The notes: generated by a model from the letters alone, not told the origin. Shown: positions 19,966-31,315, counted from the first letter of the stretch. The stretch is DNA of 64,000 nucleotides from Acidiferrobacterales bacterium (GCA_046759385.1 JBHICC010000006.1:10721-74720), one strand, 5' to 3'. Translations and numbers: made by a program.

Positions 19966-20523
19966 TCACAGATAGCGATGGATCATGGCAGCATACTTTC
20001 CCTGCGCGTACATAACCATGTCGCACAGCTCGCGCACGGCTCCCATACCACCAGAACTCGGAGTTATCCAGTGAGCGTAATGTTTTACTACATGGTGGGC
20101 ATCATTTACGGCCACGGCGAGCCCAGCCCGCAACATAATCGGCAAGTCGACTACGTCATCACCAACGAACGCGGTCTCTGTGAGTCGCTGATTTAGTCGA
20201 TGCAAAAGGTCCTCGACGGTTGCCAGCTTATCTTGACAACCCTGGTAAACATGTTTGATCCCCAGTTCTCCCGCCCTCCGTTCAACGATACTTGAGCTCC
20301 GACCGCTAATAATACCCACTTCGACGCCGGTTTCCTGAAGCATCTTAATGCCATGTCCGTCTCGGATGTGAAACTCTTTTAGCTCCATCCCATCGTTCCC
20401 CAGCGGGAGTCGTCCATCAGTGAGGACTCCGTCGACGTCAAGCAAGACGAGCCTCACCATTGCAGCCCGCTCACGAGTTCTTTCGTCCACCTGGTACGGG
20501 AAAGGAAAGGCGTCTTGTTTCAT
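19966..20523 (-). CDS. kdsC: 3-deoxy-D-manno-octulosonate 8-phosphate phosphatase
   Basis: 185 aa with the HAD motif LLDVDGVLTDG. Position is upstream of lptC. Confidence 0.92.
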   Translation of the reverse strand: MKQDAFPFPYQVDERTRERAAMVRLVLLDVDGVLTDGRLPLGNDGMELKEFHIRDGHGIKMLQETGVEVGIISGRSSSIVERRAGELGIKHVYQGCQDKLATVEDLLHRLNQRLTETAFVGDDVVDLPIMLRAGLAVAVNDAHHVVKHYAHWITPSSGGMGAVRELCDMVMYAQGKYAAMIHRYL

Positions 20524-20794
20524 ACGGCGCCAGCCCTTAGAAGATCATGCATGTTGAACGCGCCAAGCACGCAGTTGTCCGAGTCTACGATATACAAGCC
20601 ATTGATTTTTCACTGGCCTCAACAACCACACGACCCTTCCGCTCTTTGCACGCGAGCAATAGCTCGCATGCATTGATAAACTGATCGGCAACACGTTCGG
20701 CTAGGGCTTCGACCGCCTTCGCTTCGAGGATTAATACCTCACGTCCATACTCCCGCAGGCTCTCTTTGAAGCCCTGTGAGTATATATTAAAGGA
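20520..20794 (-). pseudogene. kdsD: arabinose-5-phosphate isomerase gene remnant (N- and C-terminal ends fused, core deleted)
   Basis: One minus-strand frame gives SQGFKESLREYGREVLILEAKAVEALAERVADQFINACELLLACKERKGRVVVEASEKS, which is KdsD N-terminus-like, then a stop at 20585-20587. Another frame gives KINGLYIVDSDNCVLGAFNMHDLLRAGAV-stop, matching the KdsD C-terminus (...HMHDLLRAGVV), with an ATGA overlap onto kdsC. Only 295 bp are available for a gene of about 325 codons. Confidence 0.7.
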
Positions 20795-20818
20795 TTATAG
20801 ATATCCCGAGGACCCCGT

Positions 20819-21742
20819 ATGGCTCCCGCCATCGCGATCAACGAGGTGAAGAAGCATTTTCCAGGTGTGTATGCTCTCAGAAGCGTCACTCTCGCTGTCG
20901 AGCGTGGTGAGTTCTTCGGGTTGCTAGGACCCAATGGCGCCGGCAAGTCCACGCTCATTAACATCATCGCGGGACTAACGCGCAGCGATACGGGAACGGC
21001 GTCGGTACTTGGGCACGATGTCGTGACCGACTACCGGCAGGCGCGCCGCTGCCTTGGTGTCGTACCCCAAGAGCTCGTGTTCGATCCTTTCTTCAGTGTG
21101 CGCGAAGTCTTACAGATTCAGTCGGGGTATTTCGGGCTAGGTCGCGAGAACGATCCGTGGATCGACGAACTCATTGATGCCTTAGGCTTGTCCGATAAGG
21201 TGAACGCTAACATGCGTTCACTCTCCGGTGGCATGAAGCGGCGTGTCCTGATTGCGCAAGCTTTGGTTCACAAGCCCGAGGTCGTTGTGCTCGACGAGCC
21301 AACTGCAGGGGTAGATGTCGATCTCCGTAAATCACTATGGAGCTTCATTCGCCAGCTGCACGAACAAGAGCACACGATTGTGTTGACTACACATTACCTT
21401 GAGGAAGCTGAAGCGCTTTGCGATCGAATCGCGATTCTAAATCATGGGAGCATCGTTGCCTTGGACAGCAAGGAAGGCCTGTTAAAGCGAGGCATCGGAA
21501 AGCGCGTCCACATATCGATTACAACGTCTGAACCGATACATAACATGCCGCAGGCGCTTCGCGCTAACTTGGTCGCGACAGACGGTCGGTACCTAGAGTT
21601 CCGCCTAGACAAGGATGCTGACTCAATTGGTGAGCTACTTGAGGGCTTAGGGCGTGCCGGTGTCGTTATCACTGATTTACGGACCGAGGAGTCCGACCTG
21701 GAAGATGTCTTCCTTGAACTTACTCGTAGACAAGCAGGATGA
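20819..21742 (+). CDS. ABC transporter ATP-binding protein (ABC-2 exporter type)
   Basis: 307 aa. Walker A is GPNGAGKST, signature LSGGMKRR, Walker B VVVLDEPTAG. Confidence 0.9.
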   Translation: MAPAIAINEVKKHFPGVYALRSVTLAVERGEFFGLLGPNGAGKSTLINIIAGLTRSDTGTASVLGHDVVTDYRQARRCLGVVPQELVFDPFFSVREVLQIQSGYFGLGRENDPWIDELIDALGLSDKVNANMRSLSGGMKRRVLIAQALVHKPEVVVLDEPTAGVDVDLRKSLWSFIRQLHEQEHTIVLTTHYLEEAEALCDRIAILNHGSIVALDSKEGLLKRGIGKRVHISITTSEPIHNMPQALRANLVATDGRYLEFRLDKDADSIGELLEGLGRAGVVITDLRTEESDLEDVFLELTRRQAG

Positions 21743-22500
21743 ACATCCGCGGTTTTTACACACTCCTATATAAGGAATGTCTGCGGTTTGGCAAAGTCGC
21801 GCTGCAGACTTTGCTCGCACCCATCATGACCGCACTTCTGTACTTGTTGGTATTTGCCAGTGTGCTGGAAGGGCGTATGCAAGTGTTCGAGGGAGTTAGC
21901 TACACCGCGTTCTTAGTACCGGGTCTGATGATGATGTCAGTGATCCAAAACGCGTTTGCTAACAGCTCCTCAAGCCTAATCCAGTCAAAAATCACTGGCA
22001 ATCTTGTCTTTGTCCTGTTGACGCCGTTATCGAACGTAGAGTTTCTTCTCGCCTTTGTACTCGCAGCCGTGATCCGCGGTTTGCTAGTCGGCATCGGTGT
22101 GTATCTGGCAGTAGCATTGTTCGTACCGATCTCACTGCATCAACCGCTATACGTGGCCATGTTTGCACTGCTAGGCAGCGCCGTGTTGGCCACCTTAGGC
22201 ATAATCGCCGGGATATGGGCGGACAAGTTTGATCACCTCGGGGCGTTCCAGAATTTCATCATCATGCCCTTGTCGTTCCTGAGTGGCGTGTTTTATTCGA
22301 TTCACTCATTACCGGACACGTGGCAGCAGCTGTCTCAGTTTAATCCGTTCTTTTATATGATCGACGGGTTCCGCTACGGCTTCTTCGGCGCCTCAGACGT
22401 CAACCCGTTGCTGAGCCTGCTCGTGGTAGGGTTTTTCTTTATTGTCTTATGTGCAATTAGCCTCGCGATGTTGGCGCGCGGTTACAAGCTGCGTACCTAA
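21739..22500 (+). CDS. ABC-2 type transporter permease
   Basis: 253 aa, about six hydrophobic segments. ATGA overlap with the preceding ATPase gene. Confidence 0.85.
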   Translation: MNIRGFYTLLYKECLRFGKVALQTLLAPIMTALLYLLVFASVLEGRMQVFEGVSYTAFLVPGLMMMSVIQNAFANSSSSLIQSKITGNLVFVLLTPLSNVEFLLAFVLAAVIRGLLVGIGVYLAVALFVPISLHQPLYVAMFALLGSAVLATLGIIAGIWADKFDHLGAFQNFIIMPLSFLSGVFYSIHSLPDTWQQLSQFNPFFYMIDGFRYGFFGASDVNPLLSLLVVGFFFIVLCAISLAMLARGYKLRT

Positions 22501-22754
22501 GTAAATGCTGTAGAAGCCTCGTATGGCGCTTCGTTCGGACCCCAGACCCTGCCGCAATGGCAAGGCAATCCTTGCTTAGTCGTAGGGCAGTTCAGTGAGC
22601 TTGTGCAGCGCACCTCCCTAGCTGCTAACGTGTGGACGGCACCACGGGCTGCCATTGTGTTTCGTCTGCCTCTTCAATTCTCAGTCGGCGTAGCGTATCC
22701 TTGTCGCCCCTTGAAATACGGGTTTTCGCATCAATAATGGAATGTTAGACCGCT

Positions 22755-22997
22755 ATGGCGCCGGAGCAGATCAAGCAGCTGATCGAACAGGGACTTGCGG
22801 GGGCTAGAGCCATTGTGTCTGGGGACGGGCAACACTTCGAGGCCGTCGTGGTTTCGGAGGCATTTGCTGGGAAAACGATGGTTCAGCAACATCAGCTGGT
22901 TTATCGGGCCCTGGGGGATAAAATGGAGGTCGAAATTCATGCTTTATCGTTGCGCACGTTTACTCCTGAGCAGTGGGGGCAGCAGTCTGGCACGTAG
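22755..22997 (+). CDS. ibaG: BolA-family protein (IbaG/YrbA-like)
   Basis: 80 aa (...GDGQHFEAVVVSEAFAGKTMVQQHQLVYRAL...IHALSLRTFTPEQW). It lies upstream of murA as in E. coli and Pseudomonas. Confidence 0.85.
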   Translation: MAPEQIKQLIEQGLAGARAIVSGDGQHFEAVVVSEAFAGKTMVQQHQLVYRALGDKMEVEIHALSLRTFTPEQWGQQSGT

Positions 22998-23033
22998 CGA
23001 ATGTGCGCCGATAAAGTGGAAAGCTGAGAGGTT

Positions 23034-23351
23034 ATGATGTCGATTCACGAGACGATAAAGCGACAGATTGAGTCTGACAAGATTGTTCTCTATATGAAAG
23101 GAACGCCGGAAGCCCCGATGTGTGGGTTTTCGCAACGGTCGAGCCAGTTACTGCAGGCGTGTGGAGCGCGGTTCACGACGGTCGATGTGCTGTCGGATCC
23201 ACAGATTCGTGAAGGAGTGAAGGCGTATTCGAACTGGCCGACGATCCCGCAGCTCTACGTGAACGGCGAGTTCATTGGTGGATGTGACATCATCACTGAA
23301 CTATTCCAAAGAGGAGAGCTGCAGAAACTCGTCGCCGGCGCCCAGGGTTGA
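23034..23351 (+). CDS. grxD: monothiol glutaredoxin (Grx4 family)
   Basis: 105 aa with the CGFS active site (GTPEAPMCGFS) and WPTIPQLYVNGEFIGGCDI. GAGAGG RBS upstream. Confidence 0.92.
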   Translation: MMSIHETIKRQIESDKIVLYMKGTPEAPMCGFSQRSSQLLQACGARFTTVDVLSDPQIREGVKAYSNWPTIPQLYVNGEFIGGCDIITELFQRGELQKLVAGAQG

Positions 23352-23382
23352 CCTTTGGGGTGCGGCGATCCAACCTAGCGGG

Positions 23383-23411
23383 GGCTGCCTGTCAGGCAGC
23401 CTTTTTGTTTT
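23383..23411 (+). terminator. rho-independent terminator after grxD
   Basis: GGCTGCC-TGTCA-GGCAGCC hairpin followed by TTTTTGTTTT. Confidence 0.75.
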
Positions 23412-23472
23412 CGGGAACGAGCGGCTTACGCCCATGATTCTATTTCGGCTGCGAGCGCCTATCCTTAACTAA

Positions 23473-24765
<1,293 letters not shown>

Positions 24766-24783
24766 AGTACAGGTCCTACTGCC

Positions 24784-25428
24784 GTGGGGACCCCCATAAG
24801 CATCGCTTTGTCCAAGGGCCGGATTCTTGAAGAAAGCCTGCCGCTGTTGATGCGTGCTGGGTTGAAGCCCGCCGAAAATCCCGTATCAACCCGCAAGCTG
24901 GTACTTGATACCAGCCGAGCCGATGTCAAATTGATCCTGATTCGAGCGGCCGACGTGCCTACTTATGTGCAATACGGTGCAGCCGATCTCGGTTTCGCCG
25001 GCAAGGACGTCTTGATGGAGCACGCGGGTAATGGGCTCTATGAGCTGCTCGATCTTGGGGTTGCCCGTTGTCGTATGATCGTGGCAGAACCGGGACAGCT
25101 CGCTGCCCGTGACGATCCACGGAGCTGGACACGTCTACGGATTGCCACGAAGTACGTGAGTACAACACGGCAACACTTCGCAGCAAAGGGTATCCAGACA
25201 GACATCATTAAGCTTTATGGCTCGATGGAGCTCGCACCGCTTGTGGGACTGTCCGATCGCATCGTCGATTTGGTACACACGGGACAAACACTCAAGGCCA
25301 ACGGGCTTGTTGAAGTTGAACACATTGCTGATATCAGTGCACGACTGGTGGCCAATAGGGCATCCGCGAAGATGAAACAAAAGGCGGTCAAGGCGATCGT
25401 TGAAAAGCTAGCGGAGGCGTTGGAGTAG
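24784..25428 (+). CDS. hisG: ATP phosphoribosyltransferase, short form
   Basis: 214 aa, GTG start, (I)[14 protein letters not shown]. Short-form length implies a HisZ partner encoded elsewhere. Confidence 0.9.
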   Translation: MGTPISIALSKGRILEESLPLLMRAGLKPAENPVSTRKLVLDTSRADVKLILIRAADVPTYVQYGAADLGFAGKDVLMEHAGNGLYELLDLGVARCRMIVAEPGQLAARDDPRSWTRLRIATKYVSTTRQHFAAKGIQTDIIKLYGSMELAPLVGLSDRIVDLVHTGQTLKANGLVEVEHIADISARLVANRASAKMKQKAVKAIVEKLAEALE

Positions 25429-25432
25429 CGCC

Positions 25433-26749
25433 GTGGCGGCATTGAACCTTCGCATGCTCGATACGCGAGCCCGGGATTTCGAGCGCAGTTTTCTGCAGCT
25501 ACAGGCGCGTGGCCAGATGGGCGATGCGAACGTCGACCACGCGGTGCGCGAGATTCTAGAAGACGTTCGTGTACGCGGTGATAAGGCGGTGTTGGAGCAC
25601 ACACGCCGTTATGATCGCTACCAGGCAGAAAGTCTAGCCGAGCTCGAGGTGTCGCGTACTCAGCTGGACAAAGCTCTGACCTCGCTTCCATCGATACTGC
25701 GTTCGGCCTTAGAACAGGCGGCACGCCGGATACGGACATACCACGAGCGGCAGCGGGTCGACTCTTGGCAATACCACGACGACCAAGGCACCTTGCTCGG
25801 CCAGCAGGTTACCGCGTTGGACAAAGTCGGCATGTATGTGCCCGGAGGGCGGGCGGCTTATCCATCGTCGGTACTAATGAATGCGATACCCGCTAGGGTG
25901 GCGGGCGTGGCCGAGGTCATCATGGCAGCACCGGCACCCGACGGAGAAACAAACGAGATTGTACTCGCGGCGGCACGTCTGGTTGGCGTCAACCGAGTGT
26001 TTGCCATCGGTGGCGCACAAGCGATTGCCGCGCTCGCCTACGGGACAGCGACAGTGCCGCGTGTTGACAAGATCGTAGGTCCTGGGAACGCCTATGTCGC
26101 CTCTGCTAAGCGCATGGTGTTCGGTCAGGTAGACATCGACATGATAGCGGGACCTTCGGAAGTGGTCGTTGTCTGCGATGGGGGTACGGATCCGGCATGG
26201 ATCGCGATGGACTTGTTTGCGCAAGCAGAGCACGACGAGGATGCACAAGCGATCCTCATCAGTCTCGACGCATCCTTTACGGATCGCGTGCGGTCGTCGA
26301 TTGATCAGTTGCTTGGAGATATGGAGCGCCGCGATATCATCAAGGTAGCACTGGAACGGCAGGGTGCATTAATTACGGTGCGCAGCGTCGATGAGGCCGT
26401 TGACCTTGTTAACCAGCTTGCGCCGGAGCACTTGGAGTTATCGCTGGAGGATCCGCTACCTGTGGCGCAGCGTGTGCGCCACGCCGGAGCGATTTTTCTT
26501 GGGCGCTACTCGGCAGAGGTTCTAGGCGACTATTGCGCTGGCCCAAATCACGTGCTACCCACCGCAGGGACAGCACGTTTCAGCTCGCCGCTCGGCGTGT
26601 ACGATTTTCAGAAGCGCACGAACCTCGTTATGTGCACCCCGCAGGGCGCGGCAGAGCTGGCGAGGACAGCTTCCGTGTTAGCACAAGGGGAGGGGCTTGC
26701 GGCCCACGCACGTTCCGCACAGTACCGCATCAACGAGGGCGACAAGTAG
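25433..26749 (+). CDS. hisD: histidinol dehydrogenase
   Basis: 438 aa, GTG start, motifs ...[10 protein letters not shown]... and QAEHDE. Confidence 0.93.
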   Translation: MAALNLRMLDTRARDFERSFLQLQARGQMGDANVDHAVREILEDVRVRGDKAVLEHTRRYDRYQAESLAELEVSRTQLDKALTSLPSILRSALEQAARRIRTYHERQRVDSWQYHDDQGTLLGQQVTALDKVGMYVPGGRAAYPSSVLMNAIPARVAGVAEVIMAAPAPDGETNEIVLAAARLVGVNRVFAIGGAQAIAALAYGTATVPRVDKIVGPGNAYVASAKRMVFGQVDIDMIAGPSEVVVVCDGGTDPAWIAMDLFAQAEHDEDAQAILISLDASFTDRVRSSIDQLLGDMERRDIIKVALERQGALITVRSVDEAVDLVNQLAPEHLELSLEDPLPVAQRVRHAGAIFLGRYSAEVLGDYCAGPNHVLPTAGTARFSSPLGVYDFQKRTNLVMCTPQGAAELARTASVLAQGEGLAAHARSAQYRINEGDK

Positions 26750-26754
26750 CGACT

Positions 26755-26790
26755 AGAACAGGACGCATCGATCGTCCTGTTCTGTTTTCT
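26755..26790 (+). terminator. rho-independent terminator-like hairpin between hisD and hisC
   Basis: AGAACAGGACG-CATCGAT-CGTCCTGTTCT (11-bp perfect stem) followed by GTTTTCT. Confidence 0.6.
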
Positions 26791-26828
26791 AGCAACCCGC
26801 TACTTGCAGCAGCTTGAGATTTGTCTCC

Positions 26829-27908
26829 ATGGGTATCAGCGAAAAGATCGCACGTCTCATCCGTCCCGAAATACGCCGGTCAAGCGCTTATGTGGTCCCC
26901 GACTCCAAAGGACTGATTAAGCTCGACGCTATGGAGAACCCGTATGGTTGGCCGGGGGACATCAAGGCTGCTTGGCTCGAAGTACTTCAGGATGTCGAGT
27001 TAAACCGTTACCCGGATCCGGAGCCTGAGGCACTTAAGCGACGCTTGCGCGAGACTATGTCGATTCCCTCGGAAATGCAGCTACTGCTTGGTAACGGATC
27101 AGACGAACTGATTCAGACGATTCTTATCGCACTTGCCACTGGGGGAAGCCGGGTGTTGGCGCCCGTCCCGACGTTCGTTATGTATGAAGTCATTGCGCGA
27201 AACCTCGGCATCGAGTTCGTCGGTGTGCCGCTGTGTTCCGATTTCTCACTTGATGTCCCAGCAATGTGTGCAGCGCTTGAGCGTACTCAAACGGCGGTGA
27301 CGTTTATCGCTTGTCCCAACAACCCGACGGGGAACCGATTTGCGGATGCAGACATTGAGACTGTGGTCCGGCACACGAGTGGTTTGGTAATCATCGATGA
27401 GGCCTATTTCGCGTTCACAGACTCGAATTTTATGCGCTTTGCCACTCGGTACGACAATGTACTTGTGATACGTACGCTATCAAAAGTAGGTCTGGCCGGT
27501 CTGCGGTTAGGATTTTTGATGGGACCAGCGGCTTGGCTTCATGAGTTCGAGAAGGTTCGACTACCCTATAACATTAACAGTCTCACACAAGCGAGCGTCG
27601 AGTTCGTGTTACAGCATCGCCATTTCCTTCAACAGCAAGTGGCACAGCTGCGTTTAGAGCGCAATCGGCTATGGTCTGCTTTGAACGAGTTGCCGGGCGT
27701 ACGCGCCTGGCCGAGCGAAACTAACTTTATTATGTGCCAAGTGCCAGACGTGGACGCCGATCGGGTAGCGGAGTCGTTACGCGTTTCCGGTGTGCTCGTG
27801 AAGAGTTTGACCGGTGCTAGCCCCGTTCTGCGGGACTGCATACGCATTACCGTAGGGACGTGCGAAGAGAACGACGCTTTGTTAGATGCCCTGCGGGCGA
27901 CGGTTTGA
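26829..27908 (+). CDS. hisC: histidinol-phosphate aminotransferase
   Basis: About 359 aa from ATG 26829. Class-II aminotransferase with the PLP-Lys context [14 protein letters not shown]. Confidence 0.9.
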   Translation: MGISEKIARLIRPEIRRSSAYVVPDSKGLIKLDAMENPYGWPGDIKAAWLEVLQDVELNRYPDPEPEALKRRLRETMSIPSEMQLLLGNGSDELIQTILIALATGGSRVLAPVPTFVMYEVIARNLGIEFVGVPLCSDFSLDVPAMCAALERTQTAVTFIACPNNPTGNRFADADIETVVRHTSGLVIIDEAYFAFTDSNFMRFATRYDNVLVIRTLSKVGLAGLRLGFLMGPAAWLHEFEKVRLPYNINSLTQASVEFVLQHRHFLQQQVAQLRLERNRLWSALNELPGVRAWPSETNFIMCQVPDVDADRVAESLRVSGVLVKSLTGASPVLRDCIRITVGTCEENDALLDALRATV

Positions 27909-27912
27909 TACC

Positions 27913-28539
27913 ATGCAGCCCTCTCAGCGGACACATAAAAGCAACGTGAAAAAGCGAATCGCCGAGGTTACGCGCGCAACCAAGGAGACCGAGATCAAGG
28001 TCACGGTTAACCTGGACGGCACCGGTGTGTCTAAGTTAGACACTGGCGTACCTTTCCTCGAGCACATGCTCGACCAAGTGGCACGGCACGGCATGCTCGA
28101 TGTTCGAGTGAAGGCAAAAGGCGATTTGCACATCGACGCACACCATACGGTGGAGGACATTGGAATTAGTTTGGGTCAAGCGATCACCAAAGCAGTCGGT
28201 GACAAGAAAGGAATACGTCGCTATGGCCATGGCTACGTTCCGCTGGATGAAGCGTTAAGTCGCGTTGTTGTAGATTTCTCCGGGCGCCCCACGCTTGAAT
28301 ATCATGTCGATTTCCCACGGGCGCGTATCGCTGACTTCGACGTAGATTTGCTGCATGAGTTTTTTCAGGGATTTTGTAACCACGCCCTCGTGACCTTGCA
28401 CATCGACAATCTGCGCGGAAACAATTCGCATCATATTGCCGAAACAGTGTTCAAAGCTTTTGGGCGAGCTTTGCGTATGGGGGTTGAGCGCGATCCCAGA
28501 GCTATTGAGGTTGTTCCCTCGACTAAGGGTAGTCTTTAG
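27913..28539 (+). CDS. hisB: imidazoleglycerol-phosphate dehydratase (monofunctional)
   Basis: About 208 aa from ATG 27913. Motifs [14 protein letters not shown] and [11 protein letters not shown]. Confidence 0.92.
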   Translation: MQPSQRTHKSNVKKRIAEVTRATKETEIKVTVNLDGTGVSKLDTGVPFLEHMLDQVARHGMLDVRVKAKGDLHIDAHHTVEDIGISLGQAITKAVGDKKGIRRYGHGYVPLDEALSRVVVDFSGRPTLEYHVDFPRARIADFDVDLLHEFFQGFCNHALVTLHIDNLRGNNSHHIAETVFKAFGRALRMGVERDPRAIEVVPSTKGSL

Positions 28540-28617
28540 CACATTCTTGCGGAGGTCAGCGCCCAGCGCGCTCCGCCGATCCTTTTCACCCCGTCTCCAA
28601 AAACTTGAACGACCGAC

Positions 28618-29268
28618 ATGAACAAAATCGCGGTAGTTGATTATGGCATGGGCAATTTGCGCTCCGTGTGTAAGGCGCTTGAACACGCGAGATGCGGTGT
28701 CCAGGTCTGCTTGACGTCCAGCCCGCACCAGTTGCGCCAAGCCGATCGCGTGGTTTTCCCCGGTCAGGGCGCCATCAGGGGGTGCGTCGCCGGGCTCGAG
28801 GCTCGTGGACTGCGCGACGCGCTCCTAGAGTCTATGAAGACCAAACCTTTCTTAGGTATCTGCTTAGGGTTGCAGGCATTGTACGATTTCAGTGAAGAGG
28901 GTGGCGGAACGGAGACGTTGCGTGTTTTGCCCGGTAAAGTTCGCTTGTTTCCCAAAACGTCAATGCATGACCGCAAGACAGGCCGAGCCTTTAAGGTACC
29001 CCACATGGGGTGGAACCAAGTGCACCAGGTGGTGGCACATCCATTATGGCGAGGGATCATGCAAGATAGCCGCTTCTATTTTGTCCACAGCTACTACGTG
29101 GAGTCTGATGACGACCGTTATGTAGTCGGTATAAGCGACTACGGAGTACGGTTTACGTCCGCAGCAGCGAAGGACAATATGTTTGCGCTGCAGTGTCATC
29201 CGGAAAAAAGTCAGCAGGCAGGCTTACAGCTACTGCGAAATTTTGCCGACTGGAATGGTGAGTGGTAG
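28618..29268 (+). CDS. hisH: imidazole glycerol phosphate synthase, glutaminase subunit
   Basis: 216 aa. N-terminus [12 protein letters not shown], nucleophile Cys in GICLGLQ, and HPEKS. Confidence 0.93.
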   Translation: MNKIAVVDYGMGNLRSVCKALEHARCGVQVCLTSSPHQLRQADRVVFPGQGAIRGCVAGLEARGLRDALLESMKTKPFLGICLGLQALYDFSEEGGGTETLRVLPGKVRLFPKTSMHDRKTGRAFKVPHMGWNQVHQVVAHPLWRGIMQDSRFYFVHSYYVESDDDRYVVGISDYGVRFTSAAAKDNMFALQCHPEKSQQAGLQLLRNFADWNGEW

Positions 29269-29281
29269 CGAGGACACGAGG

Positions 29282-30037
29282 ATGTCATTTATTGTTATCC
29301 CCGCCATCGATATAAAGGACGGACGATGCGTACGACTGCGCCAGGGACGCATGGATGAAGAAACAGTGTTCTCTCATGACCCGGTGGCGGTGGCGCAGCG
29401 TTGGGTGGAGGCGGGGGCACGGCGCCTGCATCTTGTTGATCTCAATGGCGCGCTACACGGCGTGCCCGTCAATGTTGACGTCATACGTGCTATTGCAACA
29501 CAGCATCCGAGTTTGCCGATTCAGGTGGGTGGTGGAATCCGCACCGAAGAGACTATCCGGACCTATCTCAATGCCGGGATAACCTACGTCATACTCGGGA
29601 CCAAAGCGGTGACAGCACCCTACTTCGTCAGAGAGATGTGCGCGCAGTTTCCCACACACATCGTAGTAGGTCTTGATGCGCAGGATGGGAAGCTCGCTAC
29701 CGACGGATGGTCCAGATTATCGGGCCATGACATCATCGATCTTGCCATACGCTACCAGACAGATGGGGTTGAGGCGATTGTGTATACGGATATCGGGCGC
29801 GATGGCATGCTCACAGGCGTAAACGTGGAATCTACGGTCAAACTCGCTAAGGCGATCTCCATTCCCGTTATCGCATCTGGCGGTATCAGGGATCTGAAAG
29901 ATATCCGCGGGTTATGTAAGGTAGCGAGTGATGGTATCTTGGGTGCGATCACAGGCAGAGCGATCTACGAAGGCTCGCTCGATTTTGTTGAGGCACAAGG
30001 ACTGGCGGATGAGTTGACCGTAAGGGGTGAGGCGTGA
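29282..30037 (+). CDS. hisA: 1-(5-phosphoribosyl)-5-[(5-phosphoribosylamino)methylideneamino]imidazole-4-carboxamide isomerase
   Basis: About 251 aa from ATG 29282 ([16 protein letters not shown]). Confidence 0.92.
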   Translation: MSFIVIPAIDIKDGRCVRLRQGRMDEETVFSHDPVAVAQRWVEAGARRLHLVDLNGALHGVPVNVDVIRAIATQHPSLPIQVGGGIRTEETIRTYLNAGITYVILGTKAVTAPYFVREMCAQFPTHIVVGLDAQDGKLATDGWSRLSGHDIIDLAIRYQTDGVEAIVYTDIGRDGMLTGVNVESTVKLAKAISIPVIASGGIRDLKDIRGLCKVASDGILGAITGRAIYEGSLDFVEAQGLADELTVRGEA

Positions 30038-30110
30038 GGGGTGAGGTGAGAGTCTAAGGTGTAAACAGAAGTTTATCCTCGCCCCTCACTCCTAACCCCT
30101 CACACCTCAC
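30020..30110. repeat. imperfect palindrome built from GTGAGG(G) units (about 33-nt arms, ~24-nt loop)
   Basis: The 5' arm (30020-30052) is GTAAGGGGTGAGGCGTGAGGGGTGAGGTGAGAG. The 3' arm (30077-30110) is CCTCGCCCCTCACTCCTAACCCCTCACACCTCAC. About 26 of 33 positions are complementary by hand alignment. The element covers the hisA stop codon. Confidence 0.7.
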
Positions 30111-30119
30111 GTAAAACGT

Positions 30120-30899
30120 ATGGGTTTAGCGAAGCGCATCATTCCTTGTTTGGACGTCGACCTTGGTCGGGTGGTAAAAGGCATCCGATTTGTCGACATT
30201 CGCGACGCGGGCGATCCTGTCGAGAACGCGCGACGCTATGATGAACAAGGCGCGGACGAGCTTACTCTCCTGGACATCACAGCAAGCTCGGATGACCGCG
30301 ATACCATGGTAGAAGTGGTGGAAGCAGTGGCCAGCGAAGTCTTCATTCCGCTAACTGTGGGTGGCGGCATACGCGATAGTGACGATGTTCGGCGGATGCT
30401 TAACGCTGGTGCTGATAAGGTTGCAATCAACACGGCTGCTGTGAGGAACCCAGATATAGTAAAAGAGACGTCTGATTACTTTGGTGAGCAGTGCATTGTC
30501 GTCGCGATCGATGCGAAGCAGGTGCAAGCCGATACGCATCCGCGCTGGCAGGTTTACACACACGGCGGACGCAAGCCTACCGGAATCGATGCGGTCGAAT
30601 GGGCACAAAGAATGATGGAATATGGAGCCGGCGAGCTGCTCCTGACGAGCATGGATCGTGACGGTACACGCGACGGCTTCGATTTAGCGCTTACTCAGAA
30701 CGTCAGTGATGCCGTCGATGTGCCCGTTATCGCCTCTGGTGGTGTCGGGAATCTTGATCATTTGGTTGCGGGTATCTTGGAGGGACACGCTGATGCCGTT
30801 TTGGCTGCGAGTATCTTTCACTTCGGCGAATACACCGTGGGTGAAGCCAAACAGCGCATGGCTGAATGCGGTATTGACGTTAGACGGGAAGCTGGGTAA
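30120..30899 (+). CDS. hisF: imidazole glycerol phosphate synthase, cyclase subunit
   Basis: 259 aa ([15 protein letters not shown]). Confidence 0.95.
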   Translation: MGLAKRIIPCLDVDLGRVVKGIRFVDIRDAGDPVENARRYDEQGADELTLLDITASSDDRDTMVEVVEAVASEVFIPLTVGGGIRDSDDVRRMLNAGADKVAINTAAVRNPDIVKETSDYFGEQCIVVAIDAKQVQADTHPRWQVYTHGGRKPTGIDAVEWAQRMMEYGAGELLLTSMDRDGTRDGFDLALTQNVSDAVDVPVIASGGVGNLDHLVAGILEGHADAVLAASIFHFGEYTVGEAKQRMAECGIDVRREAG

Positions 30900-30919
30900 G
30901 CCTGATCCGGGAACCTACG

Positions 30920-31315
30920 ATGACTAGTAATCTACTTGATTCAGTAAGCTGGAACAGCGACGGGCTCGTCCCCGTAATCGCACAGGAGAGCGCATCCGGG
31001 CGGGTGCTGATGCTCGCCTGGATGAATCGCGAAGCGCTTGCGGCAACTATCCGCGATGGAGAAGCTGTATATTGGTCGCGCTCGCGCGGCAAGCTCTGGC
31101 GTAAGGGCGAGCAATCGGGTCATGTGCAAATCGTCAGAGATATTCGCCTTGACTGCGATCACGATACCCTTCTGTTGACCGTTGAGCAGAAGGGGGGTAT
31201 TGCTTGCCACACGGGGCGGCACAGCTGCTTCTTTGAACAACGACAGGGTGAGCAGTGGGTGGCCGTAGACCCGGTGCTGAAGAGCGAGGAAGATATCTAC
31301 GGCAAACCGTCTTAG
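30920..31315 (+). CDS. hisI: phosphoribosyl-AMP cyclohydrolase
   Basis: 131 aa (GLVPVIAQE...MLAWMN.EAL..T...G.A.YWSRSR..LW.KGE.SGH). Confidence 0.92.
   Translation: MTSNLLDSVSWNSDGLVPVIAQESASGRVLMLAWMNREALAATIRDGEAVYWSRSRGKLWRKGEQSGHVQIVRDIRLDCDHDTLLLTVEQKGGIACHTGRHSCFFEQRQGEQWVAVDPVLKSEEDIYGKPS

Noticed and set aside
22501-22754. The 254-bp spacer after the ABC-2 permease, which is open in frame with the permease for about 80 codons. It was inspected for mla (mlaB/STAS) remnants because ibaG follows the mla operon in E. coli and Pseudomonas.
   Set aside because: I recognised no Mla/STAS-like or other motifs in any frame, and no start codon context.
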